NCBI GenBank assembly: GCA_003562775.1 | Contig: PWTU01000538.1 | Span: 7,161 to 71,160, forward strand | Source of the DNA: Ignavibacteriales bacterium | Lineage (GTDB): Bacteria; Bacteroidota; Ignavibacteria; T3Sed10-11 | Direction: 5' to 3' | Length of the DNA: 64,000 nucleotides | Position numbers and translations under genes: made by a program | Shown here: piece after piece, positions 1 to 11,424 of the stretch | Layout: each line of letters opens with the position of its first letter | How positions within the stretch are numbered: position 1 is the stretch's first letter | Notes under the pieces: model-generated | The model's database searches: none | What the model saw: only the letters and a program-made list of their open reading frames with translations | Told to the model about the DNA's origin: nothing

Positions 1-971
1 CAGAAAAGTCAGGTAAACTTATCGAAACCGATTCAATCAGATATAATGTAAAACTGATAAATACCGAACCATCGCCAATACCTAAAACCGGAGATATATT
101 ACCCATTCTCAATGAATTGGAATACAGCGCAACGTCGCTGGATACATACCTGAAATGTCCGCTTCGATTTTATTACCGGTATATACTGAAATTCCGTGAA
201 CGCGACGAACTCACAGAAGAGGTTGACAACCTCCGGATCGGATCAATTGTCCACGGCATCCTAAAAAGATATTTTACATCACGAAAAGGGATTGAACTTT
301 CACCGGTTGATCTTTCGACAGATGAGATGAACGCAGCAGTCGATAGTGAGTTTAGCGATGTATTCGGTGACCGGATATCGGGAAAGATTTATGTTCTGCG
401 GCAGCAAATAAAACGGAGGATGGAGGAGTTTTTATATTCTTATCAGATTCCATTGGCAAGAAAATATAAGATAAAAATTCTTGATGTTGAAACTTCACTA
501 AAGGCAGAATTAAACGGTTATCAAATTACCGGCACGATTGATCGAATTGAAAAAAGGAACGAAGATGTGTATATCCTCGATTTTAAAATATCGGGCAATG
601 CAGACCGGCTGAGGATTCGCTTCAACAAACTCGATATCGATGATCGATCAACCTGGTATAGTGCAATAGGTTCACTACAGTTGCCCGTTTATATGCTCTT
701 ATACGAAAGCAATATATCCGGCTCATCCCAATCCCTTAATCCCGCCTTTGTCCTTTTAGGAAAACAGAGGATTGCTCCGGACATAGATATTAGTTTACTG
801 AAAATGATGCAGGACCAACAGGCAGAATTAAACCGGATAAAAGAAGTAATAAATAGACTATTGAATGAGATAACTAATCCGGATATTGATTTTCATCCCA
901 CCGAAGATTTTGGCGCCGAGTGTCCGAACTGCCCGTATAAACTGATTTGCGGAACGCAGTGGACGGGGTGA
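1..971 (+). CDS. PD-(D/E)XK nuclease family protein, AddB/RecB-like C-terminal part with Fe-S cysteines (5'-partial)
   Basis: The frame is open from the window start. Motifs: YSATSLDTYLKCP, GTIDRIE..ILDFK (nuclease), LQLPVY, and C-terminal CPNCPYKLIC. The 1+3 Cys pattern matches the AddB/Cas4-like 4Fe-4S staple. Confidence 0.8.
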   Translation, partial: EKSGKLIETDSIRYNVKLINTEPSPIPKTGDILPILNELEYSATSLDTYLKCPLRFYYRYILKFRERDELTEEVDNLRIGSIVHGILKRYFTSRKGIELSPVDLSTDEMNAAVDSEFSDVFGDRISGKIYVLRQQIKRRMEEFLYSYQIPLARKYKIKILDVETSLKAELNGYQITGTIDRIEKRNEDVYILDFKISGNADRLRIRFNKLDIDDRSTWYSAIGSLQLPVYMLLYESNISGSSQSLNPAFVLLGKQRIAPDIDISLLKMMQDQQAELNRIKEVINRLLNEITNPDIDFHPTEDFGAECPNCPYKLICGTQWTG

Positions 972-1058
972 GTTCGGTTGGCAGCATGCAGTTGACAGTT
1001 TGCAGTCTTTGGCGAATGAATTTCATTGCACTTTCCATTGTTATACAATTGTGAAGAT

Positions 1059-1074
1059 ACGTGCCCGGGCACGT
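1059..1074. repeat. Perfect 16-bp palindrome ACGTGCCCGGGCACGT (REP-like or operator)
   Basis: Read directly in the intergenic region. The core resembles the inverted repeat at 43408-43461. Confidence 0.5.
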
Positions 1075-1109
1075 TATATCTGTTTATATTCTAATTCATA
1101 CATAGGTCT

Positions 1110-3233
1110 ATGACACAATCAAAACAAAATCCTAACAGACTCATTCACGAAAAAAGTCCGTACTTGCTGCAACATGCATATAATCCCGTCGACTGGTACC
1201 CATGGGGAGATGAGACGTTTCAGAAAGCCAAAGAAGAAGACAAGCCGATATTTCTCTCCATCGGTTATTCAACCTGCTACTGGTGTCACGTCATGGAACG
1301 TGAAGTCTTCGAGAACGAACAGCTTGCAGAATTAATGAATAACTATTTGATCAACATAAAGGTCGACCGGGAGGAACGACCGGACGTAGATCGAATTTAT
1401 ATGAAGGCACTACAGGCGATGTCGGGGCACGGCGGCTGGCCAATGTCGGTGTTTTTAACGCACGACCTAAAGCCGTTTTATGCGGCAACATATATTCCTC
1501 CCGTCTCAAAACATGGTATCCCGGGTTTCGGAGATGTCATTCAAACGATACATAAAATATGGAATAACGAACGGGAGAAGATCACACAGTCAAGCAGTCA
1601 GATTTTTGATCACCTCTCAAAATCGATTGCACCGGCCTTACCGAAACAAAATCTTGATGAAAAAATCCTTGACAATGGCTTCATCAAAATCAAAGATGCA
1701 TTCGACCCGGAAAACGGCGGGTTTGGCGACGCGCCGAAATTTCCGACCCCGGTGATGTTTAATTTTCTATTGCGCTGCCATAAGCGAACCGGAGATTTAC
1801 ATGCACTTGAAATGCCTGCTTTTACGCTTACAAAAATGGCGCACGGCGGCATATACGATCATATCGGAGGCGGATTTCATCGCTACGCAACCGATGCAAA
1901 ATGGCAGGTTCCCCACTTTGAAAAGATGCTCTACGATCAGGCGCAGCTTGTTTTATCGTATATCGACACGTATCAGATTACACGTGATGAATTTTATGCA
2001 AACGTAGCAAAGGATGTACTCAATTATGTTAAACGGGTTATGACTTCTCCTGAAGGTGGTTTTTATTCAGCCGAAGATGCGGAGAGCGCCGTCGATCCCG
2101 ATAATCCTACTGAAAAAGAAGAAGGTGCTTTCTATGTTTGGAAATATTCTGAAATAAAATCAACACTTACACCCGATGAATTTGCAGTCGCCGAACTGTA
2201 CTACGGACTTCGTCAAAACGGCAATGTGAGCTCGGATCCACACGGTGTTTTCACCGGAAAGAACATACTTTCGATTGAGAAAACGAAAGAAGAAGTAGCA
2301 CAGGAATTAAATAAAGATATCGATGACATATCAGAACTACTATCATCAATCCGTCTGAAATTATTCGAAGCGCGGGAGAAACGCCCGAAGTGTCATCTTG
2401 ATGATAAGATTCTCGTTTCGTGGAACGGACTGATGATTTCCGCATGTGCCCGGGCGTATCAGGTATTCGAAGATGGTCAATACCTGCACATGGCTGAAAA
2501 TGCCGCAGGTTTCATTACAAAAAAATTGTATGATAGAAACTCAGGAAAGTTACTCCGCCGCTACCGGGACGGCGAGGCGATGATTGAAGCACATCTTGAA
2601 GACTATGCATTCTTTACACGATCGTTAATCGATTTGTACGAGGCATCGTTCGATACAGAACTCCTCGATACGGCACTCCTGTTAAATGAACAAATGATTG
2701 GATTGTTTTATGATGAAGAGAACGATGGCTTCTTCGATACTTCCGGCAACGATCCGTCTGTTATTTTACGCTCTAAGGAATGGCATGACGGCGCCGAACC
2801 GTCGGGTAATTCCATAGCAATCGAAAACTTGCTGCGATTATCGTATATGTTCGGACGCGACGATTACCTGGAAAACGCAATGAAGTCGCTTTCTTACTTC
2901 AGCGAGTTGATGAACAAGGCACCTCAGGCACTTGCCCAATTTCTTGCCGCAACCGATCTTGCACTCTCAAAACCAAAGCAGATTATCATTGCTGGAAACA
3001 AAGAGGAGCCGCAAACCCGCGCAATGCTCAGGGAAATACACTCCCGCTTCCTACCCGGCAAAGTATTACTCCTCGCCGACGGCGGCAAAGGCCAGGAATA
3101 CCTCGCCTCAAAAGTTAAGTTCATCGGAACGGTAAAAAAGATAGACGATAAACCGACAGCGTATGTTTGTGAAAACTTTACCTGTGAGCTTCCGGTGAAT
3201 GAGATTGACAAGTTAGGGGCTATATTGAAATGA
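1110..3233 (+). CDS. Thioredoxin domain-containing protein, YyaL/SSP411 (DUF255) family
   Basis: [57 protein letters not shown]-terminal AYVCENFTC. Confidence 0.92.
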   Translation: MTQSKQNPNRLIHEKSPYLLQHAYNPVDWYPWGDETFQKAKEEDKPIFLSIGYSTCYWCHVMEREVFENEQLAELMNNYLINIKVDREERPDVDRIYMKALQAMSGHGGWPMSVFLTHDLKPFYAATYIPPVSKHGIPGFGDVIQTIHKIWNNEREKITQSSSQIFDHLSKSIAPALPKQNLDEKILDNGFIKIKDAFDPENGGFGDAPKFPTPVMFNFLLRCHKRTGDLHALEMPAFTLTKMAHGGIYDHIGGGFHRYATDAKWQVPHFEKMLYDQAQLVLSYIDTYQITRDEFYANVAKDVLNYVKRVMTSPEGGFYSAEDAESAVDPDNPTEKEEGAFYVWKYSEIKSTLTPDEFAVAELYYGLRQNGNVSSDPHGVFTGKNILSIEKTKEEVAQELNKDIDDISELLSSIRLKLFEAREKRPKCHLDDKILVSWNGLMISACARAYQVFEDGQYLHMAENAAGFITKKLYDRNSGKLLRRYRDGEAMIEAHLEDYAFFTRSLIDLYEASFDTELLDTALLLNEQMIGLFYDEENDGFFDTSGNDPSVILRSKEWHDGAEPSGNSIAIENLLRLSYMFGRDDYLENAMKSLSYFSELMNKAPQALAQFLAATDLALSKPKQIIIAGNKEEPQTRAMLREIHSRFLPGKVLLLADGGKGQEYLASKVKFIGTVKKIDDKPTAYVCENFTCELPVNEIDKLGAILK

Positions 3234-3288
3234 ATGAATGAATGAATGCTTGATTGATTGATTGATTGTTTGTTTGTTTGATTGAATG
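3229..3288. repeat. Tetranucleotide microsatellite run (TGAA/TGAT/TTGT units)
   Basis: aatgaatgaatgaatgaatgcttgattgattgattgattgtttgtttgtttgattgaatg immediately after the yyaL-like stop. Confidence 0.85.
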
Positions 3289-3348
3289 AGTGATAACAAA
3301 CCAATTAAGCATTTGCATATAAAGTTTTATACTGATATATTTAAAATT

Positions 3349-3838
<490 letters not shown>

Positions 3839-3889
3839 CGATTCTCACACTAAACACCCAATTCGCAACTCTTAACTCGTCATTCGTAA

Positions 3890-4606
3890 ATGGAATACTA
3901 CCTCGCTTTTCTCGCCGGATTTTTCGGCAGCATGCACTGCGTGGGTATGTGCGGTGCAATTGTTTTGGCATACTCAACTCAAAGTAAACTCACTGCCAAA
4001 CCACCGTTACAATCGATACCCGCTCACCTTTCGTATAACGCGGGGAGAGTATTAAGCAAAACCATTGTCGGTGCTCTCCTCGGATTCATCGGGGCGGGTT
4101 TGACTGGTATCGAAACTATAGCTCCGTACTTTACCGGCGCTGTGGGATTTTTGCTCATCTTTTCCGGAATATGGATGTTAAAGATTATCCCGGGAACCGG
4201 CTTCTCAGAGAAACTCCCGATGCAGCGTCAGACACGTGCGTTTCTGTTTCGATTATATATAAAAACATACGGAAAACTACTCAACAGTCCGACAAACGAG
4301 AGCAAGTTCTACATCGGCATGTTGACGGTATTCCTTCCGTGCGGATTGCTTTACGCCATGTTCATAAAAGCTGCAGCTTCGGGGAGTATGCTTGCGGGTG
4401 CAACGATAATGTTTCTATTCGGGATGGGAATCTTTCCAGCATTGTTCGTTGTCGGAATTGCCTCGTCATATTTTGGAACAAAGCTGCGTTTTATTGGCGA
4501 TAAACTTGCGGCAATTACGATTATAATTTTAGGAATAATGATGGCGTCGCGGGCGCTGGGGCTGCCGATGTTGTTAATGGGCGGTGGGAACGGTGAGTGC
4601 CATTAG
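3890..4606 (+). CDS. Sulfite exporter TauE/SafE / DsbD_2-family membrane protein
   Basis: GSMHCVGMCG and FLPCGLLY motifs; about 6 transmembrane segments. Confidence 0.8.
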   Translation: MEYYLAFLAGFFGSMHCVGMCGAIVLAYSTQSKLTAKPPLQSIPAHLSYNAGRVLSKTIVGALLGFIGAGLTGIETIAPYFTGAVGFLLIFSGIWMLKIIPGTGFSEKLPMQRQTRAFLFRLYIKTYGKLLNSPTNESKFYIGMLTVFLPCGLLYAMFIKAAASGSMLAGATIMFLFGMGIFPALFVVGIASSYFGTKLRFIGDKLAAITIIILGIMMASRALGLPMLLMGGGNGECH

Positions 4607-4635
4607 CTTACAATACCCTCATTAATTTCACAACT

Positions 4636-5133
4636 TCACAACGCTTTAAACCTCTCAAAAGGTTGATTGCATGCATTGCAATAGTAAATCATCCTGCACA
4701 ACGTCGGTCCAAACGGGTTCTCCATCGTCGTATCTTCGGATTTGCAGTGGGGACATATTGCCGTTGCATGCATTGCCGAGGTCGGATCGCCTTCGTGTTT
4801 TGTCGGTGGAGTGATGCCGAACGTTTCGAGCTTCGACCGGGCTTCATCGTCGAGCATATCGGTCGTCCAGGGTTCTTTAAAGCTTAAATCGACATGAACC
4901 TTCTCAAATCCCAGTTCCCGGAGTTTCTCCTCGATATCCGATTTCATCTGGTAGATAGCCGGACATCCTGCAAATGTCGGGGTCATTGTGACATATACTT
5001 CATCCTTGTCAACCTTTACATCCCGTATGATTTTCATATCGACCAGAGATAATACCGGGATTTCGGGATCGGTTACATCTTTTAACGCTTCCAATACCTC
5101 AGCGTTCGATATATTTACTTTGCCTTTATTCAT
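4636..5133 (-). CDS. paaD: Phenylacetyl-CoA epoxidase subunit D (PaaD)
   Basis: DUF59 motif DPEIPVLSLVDM..TPTFAGCPA, WTTD, plus CPHC...CRMIYYCNACNQPFE zinc ribbon. Confidence 0.9.
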   Translation of the reverse strand: MNKGKVNISNAEVLEALKDVTDPEIPVLSLVDMKIIRDVKVDKDEVYVTMTPTFAGCPAIYQMKSDIEEKLRELGFEKVHVDLSFKEPWTTDMLDDEARSKLETFGITPPTKHEGDPTSAMHATAICPHCKSEDTTMENPFGPTLCRMIYYCNACNQPFERFKAL

Positions 5134-5211
5134 TATCCAATTTAAATACCTATCTCTCCATGATATAACTAACCGTTTCCGTTTCCCGTTTCCCTTTTCA
5201 CATTTTCCGCC

Positions 5212-5991
5212 TCACCACTTCGCACCCGGAATCATCCTGTACACTTTCTGCATATCCGACACCAGATTTTCCAGATGGACGGTATGTTTTTTTTGTCTCC
5301 CGCCATATACAGGTGTAACATCTGATTCTACGGTACCGTTCGTTTCATGAACCGGAGATTTCAAACCCGATCTTTTTAACACCGGAGACACAAATTGAAG
5401 CCATTCTGTTTGAAGGGCTTTACTGTCGGGCGCGATATTTTCATCGACCAGCATTTCCTCACCTGGTATCTTTTCGAACAATCCGAGCGCCTGGCCGAAC
5501 GCTTCATCCACTGCACGCTGCATTCTCCGGTGACTTTCCTCTGTTGCATCTCCGAGCCGTTCAACATTACCCCGTGTATGAAGCAGATGATACTGTTCCT
5601 CCGGATAAATTTTAGCGGCAAGTTCGCGAATCGGGTCGAATTCGGAGTGTTTTAAATATCCTAATCTTATTTTTTCGGCTGCATCGAAAAAGAACTGTCG
5701 CACTATCGTATACGCCCAATCGCCTTTGGGCATCTGCACAAGATGACAACATGTGAATTCAGCCGCGTCGCGAAGAAACCCCATCGTATCGGGATCTTTT
5801 CCACCGAGCGATTCGTATATTCGCAGCCACGCCTGTGCATGTCCGATTTCATCCTGGGCTATATTCGAAAAAGCAATATCCTCTTCGATAAGCGGAGCGT
5901 GGCCTGTCCATTCGGCATCGCGATGACCGAGTATGAGCTCGTCGTCTGCAAGTGCGAGCAGATATGTTTGAATCGCTTCGGTTTTATTCAC
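5212..5991 (-). CDS. paaC: Phenylacetyl-CoA epoxidase subunit C (PaaC)
   Basis: LADDELILGHR..EWTGHAPLIEEDIAFSNIAQDEIGHA; EEQYH. Confidence 0.92.
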   Translation of the reverse strand: MNKTEAIQTYLLALADDELILGHRDAEWTGHAPLIEEDIAFSNIAQDEIGHAQAWLRIYESLGGKDPDTMGFLRDAAEFTCCHLVQMPKGDWAYTIVRQFFFDAAEKIRLGYLKHSEFDPIRELAAKIYPEEQYHLLHTRGNVERLGDATEESHRRMQRAVDEAFGQALGLFEKIPGEEMLVDENIAPDSKALQTEWLQFVSPVLKRSGLKSPVHETNGTVESDVTPVYGGRQKKHTVHLENLVSDMQKVYRMIPGAKW

Positions 5992-6271
5992 GGTGTTTCC
6001 CCTTTAACGGCGCCGGGAAACCGTACACCTCGCGATATTCTTTATCCGTATTCCGCGCAAAGAAAAAGGGATCCTCGTAACTTGTTCTCACAACGTTTTC
6101 TTCGCGAACCACCCACAAGCTGACACAATCGAGACGGCGTGCAAATTGTTCCTTCGCCATTTGAAGCGCCATCTCCTCATCGGATGCGTGTACCGCGCCA
6201 ACATGTACGTGCGGCGCGCCGCGCTTCTCCTGATGAAAAACTTCCCAGATCGGTAGTTGAGTATCGCTCAT
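5984..6271 (-). CDS. paaB: Phenylacetyl-CoA epoxidase subunit B (PaaB)
   Basis: WEVF....[32 protein letters not shown]. Confidence 0.92.
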   Translation of the reverse strand: MSDTQLPIWEVFHQEKRGAPHVHVGAVHASDEEMALQMAKEQFARRLDCVSLWVVREENVVRTSYEDPFFFARNTDKEYREVYGFPAPLKGKHRE

Positions 6272-7218
6272 GCTGCGGGTACCTCACGTTTTCGTTTTGC
6301 CGCGGCGAGAGCTTCGCGAACCCATCGACCTTCTTCATGTGCTTTCCGTCGTGCTTCCATCCTTTCTTTATTGCACGGTCCGTCGCCTTTAATGACGCGT
6401 TTTAATTCTTCATAATCGGGCTCGGTAAAATGCCAGTGCCCTGTTTTTTCATCGTAGTATAAATTATCGTCCGGTGGTTTCAATCCAACCGAAAGCAACT
6501 GCGGCGCAACCAGATCGACAAACTCCTGCCGGAGTTCATCGTTTGTTTTTACCTTTACACCCCAGCGCTTCAGTTTTTCAAGATGGGGAGAATCGCTATC
6601 CGGCATTCCGAGCATCATCAAGGTAGGATACCACCACCGGTCAAGTGCATCCTGTGCCATAAGTTTTTGCTCTTCAGTTCCGTTCACCATCCTGATAAGC
6701 AAATCCTGTCCCTGTTTTATATGAAACGATTCTTCAAAGCAGATACGTTTCATCGCACGCGCATACGGACCGTATGAGCTTTTGGCAATCATTCTCTGGT
6801 TTACCACTGCAGCGCCGTCGACAAGCCACCCGATCATACCGACGTCCGCCCATGTCGGAGTGGGATAATTAAACACGTTTGAGTACTTTGCCTTTCCATC
6901 AAGTAGCTCTTCGAGCATCTCTTCACGGGATTTACCGAGTGTTTCGGCAGCGCGGTAAAGCAGTTGTCCGTGCCCCGCCTCATCCTGCACTTTCGCTATG
7001 AGCGTCAGTTTACGGCGAAAACCGGGTGCATACGGTATCCACTTCCCTTCCGGCAGCATCCCGACGATCTCGCTGTGCGCGTGCTGACCGATCATTCGAA
7101 TGAGTTGTTTTCGGTATTCTTCAGGCATCCAGTCGCCGGGCTCGATTTTCTCACCCCGGGCGATACGTGCTTCGAACTCGGCAAGTTTTTCTTCGTATGT
7201 GTTTTCCTGACCATCCAT
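6268..7218 (-). CDS. paaA: Phenylacetyl-CoA epoxidase subunit A (PaaA)
   Basis: [62 protein letters not shown]. Confidence 0.95.
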   Translation of the reverse strand: MDGQENTYEEKLAEFEARIARGEKIEPGDWMPEEYRKQLIRMIGQHAHSEIVGMLPEGKWIPYAPGFRRKLTLIAKVQDEAGHGQLLYRAAETLGKSREEMLEELLDGKAKYSNVFNYPTPTWADVGMIGWLVDGAAVVNQRMIAKSSYGPYARAMKRICFEESFHIKQGQDLLIRMVNGTEEQKLMAQDALDRWWYPTLMMLGMPDSDSPHLEKLKRWGVKVKTNDELRQEFVDLVAPQLLSVGLKPPDDNLYYDEKTGHWHFTEPDYEELKRVIKGDGPCNKERMEARRKAHEEGRWVREALAAAKRKREVPAA

Positions 7219-7276
7219 GAAGGACCTCCCTTAGATTGATATTAGTACAGTTATAAATATATACACAGCCCGACGG

Positions 7277-7495
7277 TCATGAATTAGCTGTTTCTACTTT
7301 ACCTGGTAATTTGCTGAGAGTTAGTTTAGCTAAGTTTACCTTATTACTTGCATTATCAATATCAATTCCAACAAGTTTCCCATCGGCATCATAGTCAAGA
7401 ATAACGCCTTCGGAAATTTCTTTACTTTCCCTACTCGGTCTCTCCGACAAATCTATATAAAGGGAATCCGTTTCAGGATAATAGTTTAATTTCAT
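7277..7495 (-). CDS. DUF2283 family protein (putative antitoxin)
   Basis: MKLNYYPETDSLYIDL...EISEGVILDYDADGKLVGIDIDNAS. Confidence 0.85.
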   Translation of the reverse strand: MKLNYYPETDSLYIDLSERPSRESKEISEGVILDYDADGKLVGIDIDNASNKVNLAKLTLSKLPGKVETANS

Positions 7496-7734
7496 AGTTT
7501 AAATCCTCTATCGGGAAAAGCATTATGTATAGTTAATTTATCTTCTAAAGTAATGACCCTTAAAAATCGATCCTCCAGATCTGGTACGGATGCCCAAAAT
7601 CGATACCGATTATGCTCCTGAGGTTCAAAATATACAGCGTTTTCAACGACATAAATACACCATTCTTTTTTTAAATATGGACGTTTCCTTAAAACCTCAT
7701 TCTCAAAATAATCAGTGAATTTATACTTTGCCAT
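7492..7734 (-). CDS. Small RelE/DUF4258-like putative toxin paired with DUF2283
   Basis: 80 aa, ending RFLRVITLEDKLTIHNAFPDRGF; 4-bp overlap with the DUF2283 gene. Confidence 0.65.
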   Translation of the reverse strand: MAKYKFTDYFENEVLRKRPYLKKEWCIYVVENAVYFEPQEHNRYRFWASVPDLEDRFLRVITLEDKLTIHNAFPDRGFKL

Positions 7735-7811
7735 TAATTTTTAGTGATATACAAAAGGCACTTGACTAAACATAAATATACGATTTCTTTACGAAAAATC
7801 AACTTAAAATT

Positions 7812-8606
7812 TTATTTAGCCGGTTCCAGTAATCCTGAAGCGTTCAATAGACGTTTCGTATACGGGTGCCGGGGCTCGTTCATTAATCGCGATGATTCAG
7901 CTTCTTCGACAATCTTTCCACGATACAGTACAATAATCCGGTCGCATATTTCAAGCGCCGACGCAACATCGTGTGTTATGTACAGCAATGAAAAACCTTT
8001 TTCTTCCTGTAACTTTTTGATCAACCGGAGAATTTGTACCTGTGTTAAAATATCAAGGGCGGAAGTCGGTTCATCAAGAATTAACAGTTCCGGTCGGGCT
8101 AATAAGCTCCGGGCAAGAGCAACTCGCTGCCGCTGCCCGCCGCTTAATTGCCGGGGGTATCTTTTCAATATATCGGGAGATAGACCGGTAGAGTCCAGAA
8201 CCTCTTGAATTCTCGTTCCATTATTTCCTCTTATTTGAGAGGATACCTCTTGATAATTCAATGCCTCAAGTAATGATTGTTTTACCGGCATCCGCGGATT
8301 AAGTGACGCAGTGTGATTTTGAAAAAGCATTTGTATTTTTCTTTTAATCTTTTTTCTATTGTCTGTATCGGGAAATATATTCAACCCGTTAAAGAAGATA
8401 TGTCCGTTATCCGGCAACAGTAATCCCGCGATACAACGTGCTATGGTACTTTTCCCGCTCCCGCTTTCTCCGAGGATGCCGACAGTATCCGCACGATGTA
8501 TGGAAAAAGACACTCCTTCAATGATTTTCTTCCTCTGTTTTCCCAGTAGTCGCTGCGCCTGGACTTTAAAGCTACAGTGCAGATTCTTCACTTCCAGTAC
8601 GGGCAT
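7812..8606 (-). CDS. Oligopeptide/dipeptide ABC transporter ATP-binding protein (OppF/DppF-like)
   Basis: GESGSGKS, LSGGQRQR, LILDEPTSALD, HPY tail. Confidence 0.9.
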   Translation of the reverse strand: MPVLEVKNLHCSFKVQAQRLLGKQRKKIIEGVSFSIHRADTVGILGESGSGKSTIARCIAGLLLPDNGHIFFNGLNIFPDTDNRKKIKRKIQMLFQNHTASLNPRMPVKQSLLEALNYQEVSSQIRGNNGTRIQEVLDSTGLSPDILKRYPRQLSGGQRQRVALARSLLARPELLILDEPTSALDILTQVQILRLIKKLQEEKGFSLLYITHDVASALEICDRIIVLYRGKIVEEAESSRLMNEPRHPYTKRLLNASGLLEPAK

Positions 8607-9556
8607 CTTACAAACCTTTCGTTATCAATTTCTGTCAGCGGCGGCTCTTCAATCCTGCAATCATCACGGACTTTGTAACATTTCTCATGAAACGTGCATC
8701 CTTGCAAGAGATGCAAAGGAGAAGGAACAGCGCCGGATAAAGTATCTACCGCATTGGATTCAATATCATCGGATTTAAAATAATACTGCATCAACATTTG
8801 TGTATACGGATGCAATGGCTGTGTGAATAATAGCTCTTTCGGTGCAACTTCTACGAAACGTCCCGCGTACATAATCGCTGCATCTTCGGCATATCTGCGG
8901 GCAACCTCAAGATCATGCGTAATCAGGAGAATCGACAAACCCATCGAACGCCGCATCTCATCAAGAAAATCGAGTATTCGATACCGCAGCGATGCATCCA
9001 CCGAACTGGTCGGCTCATCTGCAATTAACAGTTGAGGAGACGGAAAAACCGCCATAACTATAAGTATTCGCTGCAGTGTGCCCACACTCAGTTGATGCGG
9101 ATATGATGCTAATACTTCGTCGGGATTTTCTATTCCCGATTTTTTTAACAACTCCCGTAGTTTTATCAGCTCCCGGGTACGCTCAGATTTCTTGTTTATA
9201 TGCAGCGCATCATAAACCTGCTTTTTAATCTTTTTTACCGGATTAAACGACTGGGCAGGATCCTGAAAAACATATCGTACTTGATTCTTTCTTAGAGTGC
9301 GGATTTTCTCATTTGGCATTCCCAGAATATCTTCACCGTTAAGGTAGACATTTCCGTTCACAGAAAATTTATTTACCCCGTGAAAAAGTCTCGTTAACGC
9401 AAACCCCAGGGTCGTTTTGCCGCAACCGCTTTCCCCAATTACTGCAAACACCGATCCTTTTTTAATCCCGAATGATATCTCATTGACAAGCGAAACCCGT
9501 TTGCCTTGATCAAATACCTGCACTGTAAGATCGTGAACCCGGAGAATATTTTGCAT
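8588..9556 (-). CDS. Oligopeptide/dipeptide ABC transporter ATP-binding protein (OppD/DppD-like), degenerate signature
   Basis: GESGCGKT; YPHQLSVGTLQR (signature variant); LIADEPT; HPY plus C-terminal Cys cluster GCTFHEKC..C..RC. Confidence 0.9.
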   Translation of the reverse strand: MQNILRVHDLTVQVFDQGKRVSLVNEISFGIKKGSVFAVIGESGCGKTTLGFALTRLFHGVNKFSVNGNVYLNGEDILGMPNEKIRTLRKNQVRYVFQDPAQSFNPVKKIKKQVYDALHINKKSERTRELIKLRELLKKSGIENPDEVLASYPHQLSVGTLQRILIVMAVFPSPQLLIADEPTSSVDASLRYRILDFLDEMRRSMGLSILLITHDLEVARRYAEDAAIMYAGRFVEVAPKELLFTQPLHPYTQMLMQYYFKSDDIESNAVDTLSGAVPSPLHLLQGCTFHEKCYKVRDDCRIEEPPLTEIDNERFVRCPYWK

Positions 9557-9601
9557 TAACTTTACCGATAAATGACCGGAAAAATAAATATAATGAATAT
9601 A

Positions 9602-9630
9602 TTGACGTAAAACTTATAATTCATTACTTT
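9602..9630 (+). promoter_or_regulatory. Candidate sigma70-type promoter for the oppA-B-C-kinase unit
   Basis: TTGACG-N17-TACTTT in the AT-rich divergent intergenic region. Confidence 0.35.
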
Positions 9631-9691
9631 TATTAAGAATTTATTCTAATAAATAACTCATTATTTTTAGAAAATACAAGAGGTCCTCCCG

Positions 9692-11359
9692 ATGAAACGT
9701 CTTTACCGGCTTCTGCTTGCATCGCTCATAATCATACTTACTCTTTATGGCTGCTCCGAGAGAACAGATCCCGACCGGCCTGATATTGTCATTATTGGCA
9801 TACCGGGAGATGCAGATACGTTCAATCCGATATTTGCGACCGGAATTACTGCAAGTCAAATTATCGATCTAATCTACCCGAGTCTCGTTCATTCCGATTT
9901 TGATCCGGAAGAGGGAGTAATATCATATTATCCTTCTTTATCAAAATCGTGGGAACATCATAATGACAATCAGCATATTACATTTGATCTGCGAACCGAT
10001 GCGGTATGGGAAGATGGCACTTCGATTACCGCACGGGATGTTTATGTCACTTATAAACTCTACGGCAACCCGGAAATAGGGAGCGTCAGGCAGGATGCCC
10101 TCGAAAACTTCCTGAAAAACGAAGACGGTACGCCGGATATTGAGCGAAGCATAGAAATAGTAAACGATTCAACCATAATCTTTAAGTTTGAAGCGGCATA
10201 TACCGGGCAATTGTTCGACGCGGGATTACCGATTTTGCCTGCCCATATTTTCGAAAATATTCCCAACGATGAACTCCGCACTCATCCGGTTAACCGGCAG
10301 CCGGTCGGCGCCGGGCCATTCAGATTGCGTTCCTGGACGCCACAGCAGTCTATAGTGCTGGAATCGAACGACTTATCGGTGCTTCCCCATCCGGGAAAAC
10401 TATCCCGGCTTATATTTCAAGTGATACCCGATTATCAATCGAGAATATCACAACTTGAAGCCGGAGAGATTGATATGATGGATGATATAACAGTCGAGGA
10501 TGCCGGGCGTATCGAAGGAAAAAGGACATCCATTAACATAATACCTATGCCCGAACGCCGGTATTATTTTATCGGATGGAATAATATTGATGTGCAGGCA
10601 TTTGCTGATTCCGAAGGACAAACTATTCAACCGCACCCAATATTTGGAGATCCCGATGTAAGAACTGCACTCACACTCGCAATCAACCGGGCTGAAATGA
10701 CTAATGCGTTCTTTGGCGATTATGCCCGTGAAGCGGTCGGACCAATACCGCCGGTTTTTCGATGGGCGTATGACGAATCATTGGAACCGCTCCCCTATGA
10801 TCCGCAACGGGCTGCTCAATTACTCGAAAATGCCGGCTGGCGAGTCGATGATACCGGAATTCTACATAAAGAAAACAACCGTTTCTCTTTTACTATGATG
10901 ATTCCGTCGGGAGATCATTTGCGATCTATGATGGCAACCACAATACAACAACAGTTGAGAGAAATCAATATCGAAATGAGGATTGAACAGGTTGAAGGTG
11001 CGGTCTTTCTCCAAAATCTGATACAAAAAGCTTACGACGCCTGGATTGTCGGTTTTATGTTTCCGCTGGAACTCCAGATCGATAATCTGTGGGGTTCGGA
11101 TTTTAACACTGCATATTTTAACTTTGTATCATTTCAAGATCAAAGAGTCGACGAAATTCTTGCGAGAACGAGAGTCATATACAACACAGAAGAAGCGGCG
11201 CCGCTCTGGATGGAACTCCAGAGAATATTCCACGAGAAACAACCGGTTACTTTCCTATGTTGGGTAAGCAATATTGTAGGGGTACATGAGAGAGTAAAAG
11301 GCAAAACAGTCGATATACATGGATTCACTCACCGGGCTTGGGAGTGGTATACCGAATAA
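9692..11359 (+). CDS. Peptide ABC transporter substrate-binding lipoprotein (family 5, OppA/AppA-like)
   Basis: Lipobox LYGC; LRTDAVWEDGTSITARDV; PVGAGPF; DPDVRTALTLAINR. Confidence 0.9.
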   Translation: MKRLYRLLLASLIIILTLYGCSERTDPDRPDIVIIGIPGDADTFNPIFATGITASQIIDLIYPSLVHSDFDPEEGVISYYPSLSKSWEHHNDNQHITFDLRTDAVWEDGTSITARDVYVTYKLYGNPEIGSVRQDALENFLKNEDGTPDIERSIEIVNDSTIIFKFEAAYTGQLFDAGLPILPAHIFENIPNDELRTHPVNRQPVGAGPFRLRSWTPQQSIVLESNDLSVLPHPGKLSRLIFQVIPDYQSRISQLEAGEIDMMDDITVEDAGRIEGKRTSINIIPMPERRYYFIGWNNIDVQAFADSEGQTIQPHPIFGDPDVRTALTLAINRAEMTNAFFGDYAREAVGPIPPVFRWAYDESLEPLPYDPQRAAQLLENAGWRVDDTGILHKENNRFSFTMMIPSGDHLRSMMATTIQQQLREINIEMRIEQVEGAVFLQNLIQKAYDAWIVGFMFPLELQIDNLWGSDFNTAYFNFVSFQDQRVDEILARTRVIYNTEEAAPLWMELQRIFHEKQPVTFLCWVSNIVGVHERVKGKTVDIHGFTHRAWEWYTE

Positions 11360-11424
11360 TGGGATTACTTGTTACGCGAGACGATGATTTATAACCGCAT
11401 TGTAATATCCGAAAGGTTAATTGC

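Noticed and set aside
1-971. Cas4 assignment for the Fe-S PD-(D/E)XK nuclease
   Set aside because: It is the C-terminal part of a longer ORF with no CRISPR context; an AddB-like repair nuclease is more parsimonious.
3229-3288. Repeat runs here and at 5170-5210, 40586-40650 and 43531-43580 considered as CRISPR arrays
   Set aside because: Units are 4-10 bp with no unique spacers, and no cas operon is present.
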